This document shows, piece after piece, positions 7,898 to 15,293 of a stretch of 32,000 nucleotides of DNA; within the stretch, counting starts at the first letter, position 1; each line of letters opens with the position of its first letter. The translations under genes and the position numbers were made by a program. Origin of the DNA: Candidatus Methylomirabilis limnetica (GTDB taxonomy: Bacteria; Methylomirabilota; Methylomirabilia; Methylomirabilales; Methylomirabilaceae); the NCBI RefSeq assembly GCF_003044035.1, contig NZ_NVQC01000017.1:180001-212000 (forward strand). The letters run 5' to 3'. The notes below the pieces were generated by a model. That model ran no database searches and was not told the origin of the DNA. It saw nothing but the letters and a program-made list of their open reading frames with translations.

Positions 7898-8135
7898 GTA
7901 ACTACTCAGGTAGACAGGCTGAAGGCTGAAGGCTGAAGGTTTTTAGTGACAAATCATGTGCGATCACACAAAACTTCGGGCATTTGAGTTGGCGGATGAA
8001 GTAGCAATATTGGTTTATCGGGTTGAACAAGAAGTCATAGAAACCGAGGAGGTCTTGAACGGCTTGATTCGTGCCTTGCGGGATAATTCAGAGCCTTCAG
8101 TCTTCAGCCTTCAGCCTAAACACCTGAGTAGTTAC
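7898..8135. mobile_element. MITE-like element of the same family inserted between the binding-protein and permease genes, with an 8-bp target duplication CATCTAAC
   Basis: 42-nt terminal repeats: gtaactactcaggtagacaggctgaaggctgaaggctgaagg and ccttcagtcttcagccttcagcctaaacacctgagtagttac. CATCTAAC occurs at 7890-7897 and 8136-8143. Confidence 0.85.
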
Positions 8136-8153
8136 CATCTAACAACATGGTGA
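7956..8153 (+). pseudogene. Internally deleted four-helix-bundle protein (23S rRNA intervening-sequence protein family) remnant carried by the element
   Basis: The N-terminus KLRAFELADEVAILVYRV and C-terminus EEVLNGLIRALR match the two ends of the ~120-aa family, but the middle is missing. The reading frame runs through the right terminal repeat. Confidence 0.55.
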
Positions 8154-8163
8154 AGCGCAAGAC

Positions 8164-9801
8164 ATGGCCGGCAGCGACGTGCGACGCGTAGGCCCGAGAC
8201 AGTTCGCCACGCTGTGGCGGTCGCAGGCAGTGGGGCTTCAGCCTGCAATCGCCGCCGGGACGGCCCTGATTATCCTTCTGACCGCCTCTCCCTTGGTCAG
8301 TCTCTTGACTTCTGCCTTCACCGGAGGGCCGAAGGCTTTTTCGATCCTCATGAACAGCTCCGTACTTTCGCTGATCGCGCGGACTGTGTTGCTCGCCACC
8401 CTCGCTACGTTGTGGGCTATAATCCTTGGGTTGCCACCCGCCTGGATCCTCACCCGCACGGACATCCCGGGGCGACGTTTTCTCCGGATCGTGGGGGTCC
8501 TGCCGCTGGCGATCCCCCCATACATCGGCGCCTTTACGTACATCACGCTGCTCGGTCCCGTCGGGTGGGTCAATAAGATCTTCCAGGCTATGGGTACCAG
8601 CGGGCCGATCGTGAACATCTATGGCCTGTGGGGCGGGGTCCTGGTGCTCGGCCTGTTTACCTATCCGTACATCCTCCTCATTGTCGGCAGTGCCCTCAAG
8701 GGAAGCGATCCGGCTCTCGAAGAAGCGGCCAGAGCCGCAGGTCTTGGGCCGTTTGGTATCTTCCTTCGGGTCACGTTCCCCCTGCTGCGCCCTAGCCTCC
8801 TGGCCGGAGCGCTGCTGGTCTTTCTCTACGCCCTCTCGGACTTCGGCGCCGTCTCGTTGCTCCGGGTCGACACCTTTACCACCGAGATCTTCCATCAGCT
8901 CAATACCCGCTTCGACCAGCGGAATGCGGCCGCCCTCTCCATTATCCTGGTCATCCTGACGGCCGTGGTCCTGATGGCCCAGCGGAAAAGCTTGGGCCGC
9001 CGCGGTTTCGTCCAGCGGCGAAGCGGTGTCAGACCACCCACCATCTACCCTCTCGGGCGATGGAAGGTGCCGGTCCTTTGCTGTACCTATCTCATCATCG
9101 CCGGCTCAGTCTTTCTGCCGGTTGCGCTACTCCTCTACCAAACCGGCTCACCGATGAGCTTCCTGCGCACGCTCATCGCCGGCCACCGCTATCTTTGGAA
9201 CAGTCTCTGGACGGCGACCGTGGCGGCGACGGCGGCATCGGGACTTGGGCTCTTCGTCGCCTACCTTACCCAGCGCCGAAAGGGGTTGGCGCCGCTCATC
9301 CTCACGTCCGCGACCCAACTCGGGTATGCCATCCCCGGCACAGTCCTTGGGCTGAGCCTGATCCTCCTCTACAATGCGTACCTGCCATGGATCTACGGAA
9401 CCGCCGCCATGGTGATCATCGGCTACCTCCTGCGGTTTCTCCCACAAGCGGTCCAGGGTAGTACGGCCGCGATGATTCAGGTCAATCGGAACCTGGAGGA
9501 GGCGGCCCGTAGCCTTGGCCGGTCCACCTGGCAAGCGCTTCGAGAGGTCACCATCCCCCTCATCCGACCGGGGATTGCAGCAGGATGGATGCTCGTCTTT
9601 ATCTCTTCGATGAAGGAGCTGGCCGCCACGCTCCTCCTCCGCCCGGCCGGGTTCGACACCCTGTCGGTCAGGATATGGATCGCCTCCATTGAGGTTGATT
9701 ACGCCGGGGCTGCGGCGACCTCACTGATTCTCATCGCCATCACCGCGCTCCCCCTCTTCCTCATCAGCCGACTTGACGCCACCGTCTCACAGCTCGATTG
9801 A
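8164..9801 (+). CDS. Fe(III)-type ABC transporter permease, fused two-module (FbpB-like)
   Basis: 545 aa with about 12 hydrophobic segments and two EAA loops (LEEAARAAGLGPFGIFLRVTFPLL and LEEAARSLGRSTWQALREVTIPLI). Confidence 0.88.
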   Translation: MAGSDVRRVGPRQFATLWRSQAVGLQPAIAAGTALIILLTASPLVSLLTSAFTGGPKAFSILMNSSVLSLIARTVLLATLATLWAIILGLPPAWILTRTDIPGRRFLRIVGVLPLAIPPYIGAFTYITLLGPVGWVNKIFQAMGTSGPIVNIYGLWGGVLVLGLFTYPYILLIVGSALKGSDPALEEAARAAGLGPFGIFLRVTFPLLRPSLLAGALLVFLYALSDFGAVSLLRVDTFTTEIFHQLNTRFDQRNAAALSIILVILTAVVLMAQRKSLGRRGFVQRRSGVRPPTIYPLGRWKVPVLCCTYLIIAGSVFLPVALLLYQTGSPMSFLRTLIAGHRYLWNSLWTATVAATAASGLGLFVAYLTQRRKGLAPLILTSATQLGYAIPGTVLGLSLILLYNAYLPWIYGTAAMVIIGYLLRFLPQAVQGSTAAMIQVNRNLEEAARSLGRSTWQALREVTIPLIRPGIAAGWMLVFISSMKELAATLLLRPAGFDTLSVRIWIASIEVDYAGAAATSLILIAITALPLFLISRLDATVSQLD

Positions 9802-10985
9802 GCGCAGCGATGGATAACGGGGCGGGAAAGATGACAGGAGGGATCGTGGCGGCAGGAACGAAGGTCATCCCGCGTGAGACAGCAGTGAATGCCGTGCCGA
9901 TCTCACCACCGCGTCCCATGGTTATCCGGCTCGATCGGGTGAGCAAGCACTATGGGGACGACACGATCCCCGCGGTAGAGGAAATCTCCTTCTCCGTTGA
10001 GCGAGGAGAGATCCTGGTGTTGTTGGGACCGAGCGGCTGCGGAAAGACCACGACGCTACGCCTGATCGCCGGGTTTGAGGCCCCTGATAGCGGGCGGATC
10101 GAGATTGGTAGCCGAACGGTAGCCCACGACACGATCTTGCTGCCACCGGAGCAGCGAGGCGTGGGCATGGTCTTCCAAGACTATGCGCTCTTCCCGCACC
10201 TGACAGTCCTGGAGAACGTCGCATTTGGCCTACGCCGCTATAATGCGGAGCAACAACGGAGCCGAATCGCGGAGGCGTTGGACTTGGTAGGACTCTCAAC
10301 CCTTCAGGGACGGTACCCGTATGAGCTCTCCGGCGGGCAGCAGCAACGGGTTGCTCTGGCGCGTGCGCTGGCCCCCGGCCCGCAGGTCGTCTTGTTGGAT
10401 GAGCCGTTCAGTAACCTGGATGCCGATATGCGGACGCAGATACGGGAAGATGTCCACTCGATCCTCCGCCAAGCCGGGACTACCGCCATTTTCGTGACCC
10501 ATGACCAGGAGGAGGCGTTTGTCATCGCCGATCGTGTTGGGGTACTGAACCATGGGCGCCTGGAGCAGCTCGACCATCCGGAGGCGATCTACCATACGCC
10601 GGTCACCCGTTTTATCGCTCAGTTCGTCGGTTCGGCCGATTTCATCCCCGGCCTCGTCCAAGGCGAGAGAATCACCACGGAGCTGGGCACGTTCCCGAAC
10701 CAGCAGGGGCTTTCGGTAGGGCAGGCGGTGGAGCTGATGATCAGGCCAGACGATATCGACCTGATCCCCGATGAGGCGAGCGAGGCGACCGTGATCACCA
10801 GGCAGTTCCGTGGCCCAGACAACCTCTATTGCGTGCGCCTGCCATCCGGCCAGAAGATTCACAGCAGCCAGGGTTCAACGAAGCTCATCGAGCCGGGGAC
10901 CAGGGTCACCGTAAAAGCCAATCCGACCCATGTGGTCTGTTTCGATGTAACAACTCAGGTGGATAGGCTGAAGGCTGAAGGCTGA
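9798..10985 (+). CDS. ABC transporter ATP-binding protein (FbpC-like); the start is probably downstream (ATG 9810 or 9918); the last 12 codons are supplied by a repeat element
   Basis: Walker A GPSGCGKTT, signature LSGGQQQR, Walker B VVLLDEP, and a TOBE-like C-terminal domain. The track start is a TTG overlapping the permease stop. MVIRLDRVSKHYG (ATG 9918) looks like a typical N-terminus. The C-terminal VTTQVDRLKAEG-stop is encoded by the element starting at 10947. Confidence 0.85.
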   Translation: MSAAMDNGAGKMTGGIVAAGTKVIPRETAVNAVPISPPRPMVIRLDRVSKHYGDDTIPAVEEISFSVERGEILVLLGPSGCGKTTTLRLIAGFEAPDSGRIEIGSRTVAHDTILLPPEQRGVGMVFQDYALFPHLTVLENVAFGLRRYNAEQQRSRIAEALDLVGLSTLQGRYPYELSGGQQQRVALARALAPGPQVVLLDEPFSNLDADMRTQIREDVHSILRQAGTTAIFVTHDQEEAFVIADRVGVLNHGRLEQLDHPEAIYHTPVTRFIAQFVGSADFIPGLVQGERITTELGTFPNQQGLSVGQAVELMIRPDDIDLIPDEASEATVITRQFRGPDNLYCVRLPSGQKIHSSQGSTKLIEPGTRVTVKANPTHVVCFDVTTQVDRLKAEG

Positions 10986-11290
10986 AGGTTTTGATGGGTA
11001 ACGCAGTGATCACACAAAACCGTGGACATGCGAGTTGGCTAATGAACGACCGCGCAGCAAGCTGCGGGGTATCGTCTTCTGTTCTGGCCCGTCATTCCGT
11101 GCTTGACACGGAATCCAGTCGGACCCTCTGGATACCGGCGCCTGCCCCGGACTCCGATCCGGGGTCCACCGGTATGACGAACTCGCGGCAAGCCGCGGGG
11201 TATCAACCCTTAACGAAATGAAGTCGCGATTTGAGGAGATAAACTGAAGACGAGCTTTTAACGGTTCCAAGATTTCACGGAATAAGAGAA
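10947..11290. mobile_element. Degenerate third copy of the MITE-like family (left terminal repeat intact, right end eroded), interrupted by a different repeat
   Basis: The left end is gtaacaactcaggtggataggctgaaggctgaaggctgaagg. Then atgggtaacgcagtgatcacacaaaaccgtggacatgcgagttggctaatgaa parallels atgtgcgatcacacaaaacttcgggcatttgagttggcggatgaa of the 7898 copy. A weak match to the C-terminal part (gacgagcttttaacggttccaagatttcacgg) lies near 11255-11285. No right terminal repeat is present. Confidence 0.55.
11048..11215. repeat. Hairpin-rich repeat unit bounded by 21-bp direct repeats (CGCRGCAAGCYGCGGGGTATC), inserted in the element remnant
   Basis: Direct repeats lie at 11053-11073 and 11184-11204, and each contains a CGCRGC-AA-GCYGCG palindrome. 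Internal hairpins: attccgtg-cttgac-acggaat, ccccgga-ctccga-tccgggg and ataccggcg...caccggtat. ORF 10991..11221 merely translates this repeat. Confidence 0.5.
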
Positions 11291-11337
11291 GGCGACTCCA
11301 CCGCTCCCTGCTTGCCGGCCGGCGCGGTGGAGTCGCC
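11291..11337. other. Perfect 14-bp stem hairpin (GGCGACTCCACCGC / GCGGTGGAGTCGCC, 19-nt loop)
   Basis: The arms lie at 11291-11304 and 11324-11337. There is no U-tract on the plus strand. On the minus strand the stem is followed by ttctcttatt. It could be a terminator or insulator between the ABC operon and the apbE cluster. Confidence 0.35.
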
Positions 11338-11510
11338 TGACGCCTCGGATGGCCATTGTGTCAAGCGACCCCATGGGGCCTTTCCACTTTTGGCCTTCCT
11401 GGCTTTGTGATTTTAGCAACCTCCTGAGGAGAAGTCTAGTTTCGTTTCACTTAGAAGACACAGGGGCAACCGTAAAATGGAGGGGAGAAACTTGAGGGAG
11501 GGATTTCCTT

Positions 11511-12617
11511 ATGGCTGAACGCGATCTGCAGATCCTTGACGAGTTCGGCCTCCGCCGAAGACGCTTCCTCCTGGCGATCGCCGGAGGCTTTGTGGGGACG
11601 CTTTTCGGGTCCCTCTCACCCGGAAGAGCATGGGGCAGATCGAGGATGCAGACACTCACACTCGGCCGTCTACTGATGGGCACGGCCGTGGAGATCGAGG
11701 CAAATCATCCTGACCTCTCGATCGCCAGGGAGGCGATTGAGACCGGCCTGCAACGAATGGTGGACGTCGATCGTCTGATGAGTATCTTTCGGTCCGACAG
11801 TGAGATCGGTCTGGTGAACCGTCTGGCCGCCACACTCCCTGTCTCGGTCGGGGAGGAAACCTTCGGCGTACTGACGGAAGCTAAGGATATCGCGCTGATG
11901 AGCGGTGGCGCCCTTGATGTCACCATCCACCCGTTGATGCAGCTCTGGCGCCGCGCGACGCAGCGAGGCCGCCTTCCATCATCGCGGGAGATTGAGGCAG
12001 CCCTCGGTCTGGTGGCCCATAGTGGCCTTTCCGTTGATCCCAACAACCGCAGCGTTCAACTACAACAGCCTGGGATGGGCATCGATCTGGGGGGCATCGC
12101 CAAGGGCTATGCCGTTGACGTCGCGGCGGAGGCTCTCGCGAAGCAAGGCGTTCACAGTGGTTTGGTCAATGCTGGGGGCGACCTCCGAGTTGTCGGCCGC
12201 AACCGGGATGGGGGTATCTGGAGGATCGGCCTGCGGCATCCTCTCGCGCCTTCGAGGCTGCTGCTCTCGGTTCTGGCCGAGGATGAGGCTGCGGCGACAT
12301 CCGGAAATTACTTTCGCTACTTCACTGTCGGCGGGATGCGTTACGGCCACCTATTACACCCTCGAACCGGAACGCCAGCAGATAGCGCGCTGAGCGCGAC
12401 CATCATCGCAAAGAGCGCCATGCGCGCCGACGGCCTGGCGACCGCCGCCATGATCCACGGGGCAGGCGCAATGGCGTTCATACAACGCGTGAGCGGGGTC
12501 GAAGGGATCGTGGTCAACCCCCTCGCTCGCCATCCAGGGAAGGTCTCGGTTCAAATTACGCCGGGACTTCGTGGCCGGGTGGAGCTTCTGGATCGCTCGG
12601 CAGAACTTGAACGTTGA
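11511..12617 (+). CDS. apbE: FAD:protein FMN transferase (ApbE family), Tat-exported
   Basis: 368 aa. Twin-arginine signal LRRRRFLLAIAGG. ApbE motifs ALDVTIHPLMQLW, GIDLGGIAKGYAVD and SGNYFRYF. A GGAGGG RBS lies 9 nt upstream. Confidence 0.88.
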   Translation: MAERDLQILDEFGLRRRRFLLAIAGGFVGTLFGSLSPGRAWGRSRMQTLTLGRLLMGTAVEIEANHPDLSIAREAIETGLQRMVDVDRLMSIFRSDSEIGLVNRLAATLPVSVGEETFGVLTEAKDIALMSGGALDVTIHPLMQLWRRATQRGRLPSSREIEAALGLVAHSGLSVDPNNRSVQLQQPGMGIDLGGIAKGYAVDVAAEALAKQGVHSGLVNAGGDLRVVGRNRDGGIWRIGLRHPLAPSRLLLSVLAEDEAAATSGNYFRYFTVGGMRYGHLLHPRTGTPADSALSATIIAKSAMRADGLATAAMIHGAGAMAFIQRVSGVEGIVVNPLARHPGKVSVQITPGLRGRVELLDRSAELER

Positions 12618-12661
12618 TCCACTGACCCAAACAGGCGTCGAGGAACCTAAAGGAGGAAGAC

Positions 12662-14107
12662 ATGAACATAAAACTGTTGCGATGTTTCATGGCTGCATTG
12701 ATGGTCTGGATGGTCTCGCCCAACATGGCGGTCGCGGCGGCCCCATTGGAGGATCTGGAGAGGCAACTCAAAGATCTTCAGACGCAGATCGAACGGCTTA
12801 AGCAGGACAAGGTAGAACAGGATCGAAGGGTGCGCGAGATCGAAACCGCTCAGAAGGAAAGGGCTGCCAAGGAGGCCGAGGCTCAACAGGAGCAGGCGAA
12901 GCGGAGAGAAGAACAGGAGCGAAAGACCGTCATCCTCGGCGAAGAGATGGAGACGCTCAAGAGCAAGATCACCCTACCTGAAACGATCGAGTACAAGAGC
13001 CTCTACGGCCTGGGTCCGGCAGCCTCGAAGGTTTACCAGATGCCGAGAGGGCTGTCAATCGGCGGCTACGGCGAGGCCAACGCCAACTTCTTCGTCGGCG
13101 ATAATGAGGGACCGGACAAGAAGAGAGATGTCGGCGACCTCGCGCGCTTCATCACCTATATTGGGTACAAGTTCTCGGACCGGATCATCTTGAACTCAGA
13201 GATCGAGTATGAGCATGCAACGACCAGCACAACCAAGTCCGCCTCCTCGGGCTCGGTCTCAGTAGAATTTCTCACCTTGGACTTCCTCCTGACTGAGCGG
13301 GCAAACATCAGGGCGGGACTACTCCTGATGCCGATGGGATTCATCAACGAGATGCACGAGCCCACAACCTACTTCGGCAACCTCCGCCCGGAGGTGGAGC
13401 GGCGGATTCTCCCGAGCACCTGGCGGGAGCTTGGGGTGGGGCTCCACGGCACGATCCTGCCGGGGCTGACCTACCGGACCTATGTCACAAACAGTCTGAA
13501 CGCCAAGGGCTTTTCCAAGAGCGATATCCGGAGCTCCCGCCAGAACGGGAACCGAGCCCTGTTTGAAGACTTCGCCTGGACCACGCGCCTCGATTACACC
13601 CCGATGCCGGGCCTCCTGCTCGGAGGGTCGGTCTTCTGGGGCGATACCGGACAGGATCAACTGTTCGCCGGGAAAGAAATCGCTGCAAACCTCAGGCTCT
13701 ACGAGTTCCATGGCCAGTATCAGTATCGAGGGCTGCAACTACGCGCGCTGTTCGCCCAGGGGCACATCAGCGACGCCGATGTTCTGAGCACTGAGCTAAA
13801 GACACCCATCAGCCGGCGTATCGTAGGGGGTTACGCGGAGGCCAGCTATGATATCCTGCCGCTGTTCTTCCCTGGGACCGACATGTCGCTGTCTCCGTTC
13901 TTCCGATTCGAGCGGCTCAATACCCAGGCTGATGTCCCATCCGGCTTCACCCCCGACAGATTACAGAACACCACAGTGATCAACACGGGCCTGAGCTTCA
14001 AACCGATCCCCAACGTGGTGCTCAAGCTCGACTACCGGAACATGGATGGGAAAGGGCCGGGCCAGATCGCCGACGAGCTCAACGTCGGCCTCGGCTTCAT
14101 CTTTTAG
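12662..14107 (+). CDS. Outer-membrane beta-barrel porin-like protein with an N-terminal coiled coil
   Basis: Signal peptide MNIKLLRCFMAALMVWMVSPNMAVAAAP. A heptad coiled coil of about 80 aa, rich in E/K/Q/R. Then alternating amphipathic strands ending in the OMP-type C-terminus LNVGLGFIF. An AGGAGG RBS is present. Confidence 0.7.
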   Translation: MNIKLLRCFMAALMVWMVSPNMAVAAAPLEDLERQLKDLQTQIERLKQDKVEQDRRVREIETAQKERAAKEAEAQQEQAKRREEQERKTVILGEEMETLKSKITLPETIEYKSLYGLGPAASKVYQMPRGLSIGGYGEANANFFVGDNEGPDKKRDVGDLARFITYIGYKFSDRIILNSEIEYEHATTSTTKSASSGSVSVEFLTLDFLLTERANIRAGLLLMPMGFINEMHEPTTYFGNLRPEVERRILPSTWRELGVGLHGTILPGLTYRTYVTNSLNAKGFSKSDIRSSRQNGNRALFEDFAWTTRLDYTPMPGLLLGGSVFWGDTGQDQLFAGKEIAANLRLYEFHGQYQYRGLQLRALFAQGHISDADVLSTELKTPISRRIVGGYAEASYDILPLFFPGTDMSLSPFFRFERLNTQADVPSGFTPDRLQNTTVINTGLSFKPIPNVVLKLDYRNMDGKGPGQIADELNVGLGFIF

Positions 14108-14219
14108 CCGAAGCCGGGCAATCCTGAGAGTTGGGTGAGGCGGGGGAACCGAAGAGTGACCAGTTGGTCGCCTCGCGCCCCCCTCACCCCATCCCTAACG
14201 CTGTCAAGGAGATAAGGTT

Positions 14220-14768
14220 ATGCGCACCCTGGCCGGCCTGACCTTACTGCTCGTCTTGCACCTCTGCGCACCCGTTGGCCTCCTCGCCAAGGTGTTTTAC
14301 GCCAAGGACGAGGCCGTCAAGGCGGCGTTCCCAGAGGCTGACATCATCGAGAAGCAGACATTTTTTCTGACAAACGACCAGAAAAAGCAGATCGAGACCC
14401 TCGCACGCACGCCGCTAGATTCCAAGCTTGTGACGATGTACATCGGAAAACGAGGCCAGAAGCTACTCGGCTATGCAATGATTGACGTTCACACGGTACG
14501 GACCCTGCCGGAGGCTGCCATGGTTGTGCTCTCCCCGGAAGGGCGGGTGGCCTCCACACTAATTCTAGCCTTCTATGAGCCACTGGAATACCTCCCAAAT
14601 GAACGCTGGCTCAAGCAGTTCGATCAGGCAAGGCTCACCCCGGACCTCCGGGTGGGAGGAAAGATCGCGGGGATCACCGGGGCGACCTTGACGGCTCGGG
14701 CTATGTCTGAGTCGGTCCGTAAGGTTCTGGCCCTCTACCAGGTCTTGATCGAAAAAGGAGGGCGCTGA
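14220..14768 (+). CDS. Secreted FMN-binding domain protein with an ApbE flavinylation motif
   Basis: Signal peptide MRTLAGLTLLLVLHLCAPVGLLA. The C-terminal GKIAGITGATLTARAM matches the [S/T]GA[S/T] flavinylation site of NqrC/RnfG/NosR-type FMN_bind domains (Thr156 codon at 14685-14687). The stop overlaps the next ATG (TGATG). Confidence 0.75.
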   Translation: MRTLAGLTLLLVLHLCAPVGLLAKVFYAKDEAVKAAFPEADIIEKQTFFLTNDQKKQIETLARTPLDSKLVTMYIGKRGQKLLGYAMIDVHTVRTLPEAAMVVLSPEGRVASTLILAFYEPLEYLPNERWLKQFDQARLTPDLRVGGKIAGITGATLTARAMSESVRKVLALYQVLIEKGGR

Positions 14769-15268
14769 TGCGTTTCGTCGTCACGGGGGAGTGGACCCAG
14801 AATCGCCTCCTTCGTCTCATCATATTGTGGTTTCTCATCTACAGTGCAGGCCTTTGGCTGACCAACACATTACTCTTCTTGAATCAGATGGGGCTTCGTT
14901 ACGAGTCCGTCGTCGCCTTCTACCGGGGATCCGAGACGCAGTATTTGCTGCCACGCAGCTACAAGGTCTTGCTCGAGATCAGTCATTTCCATCTCCTGGC
15001 AATGGGCATCTTCATCTTGACGCTGAGTCACCTGGTGCTATTCGTGCCCCTTACGCCTCGAGTCAAGTACTGGCTGATCCACCTGACCTTCCTATCCGCG
15101 ATTTCAGACGAGGCCGCGGGCTGGCTGACCCGATTCGTACATCCCCTCTTCGCCTATTACAAGATCGGGGCTTTTGTTCTCCTCCAGACAACCATGGCAG
15201 TACTGATTATAGCTGTCCTACTCGCTGTGCGCCTGAAGGCGCGCAGTGCATACACAGAGGACGTTTGA
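14768..15268 (+). CDS. Four-TM integral membrane protein of unknown function, His-rich helices
   Basis: 166 aa with four hydrophobic segments. Histidines occur in or next to the helices (SHFHLLAMG, LSHLVLF, LIHLTF, FVHPLF). It is translationally coupled to the FMN-binding gene. Confidence 0.6.
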   Translation: MRFVVTGEWTQNRLLRLIILWFLIYSAGLWLTNTLLFLNQMGLRYESVVAFYRGSETQYLLPRSYKVLLEISHFHLLAMGIFILTLSHLVLFVPLTPRVKYWLIHLTFLSAISDEAAGWLTRFVHPLFAYYKIGAFVLLQTTMAVLIIAVLLAVRLKARSAYTEDV

Positions 15269-15293
15269 AAAACTTGAGATCAGGAGGGATATC

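Noticed and set aside
8116-8895. 259-aa minus-strand ORF and other short ORFs overlapping the permease gene
   Set aside because: It is antisense to a 12-TM ABC permease with two EAA loops. Its composition is dominated by R/G/D/E/P.
10991-11221. 76-aa ORF (MMGNAVITQNRGHASWLMNDRAASCGVSS...)
   Set aside because: Its first part is the degraded start of the element-borne four-helix-bundle gene. The rest simply translates a hairpin-rich repeat, so it is not a credible gene.
11395-11425. Possible sigma54 promoter (TGGC…TTAGCA) upstream of apbE, and similarly the TGGCAA in the gvpA upstream dyad
   Set aside because: The GG-to-GC spacing is about 15 nt instead of the required 12, and the -12 element is poor. 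In the gvpA dyad no TTGC follows the TGGCAA.
14125-14195. GC-rich imperfect inverted repeats after the porin gene (GGGTGAGG…CCTCACCC, GAGGCG…CGCCTC), considered as a rho-independent terminator
   Set aside because: The stems are interrupted, alternative pairings compete, and no U-tract follows. This is insufficient to call a terminator.
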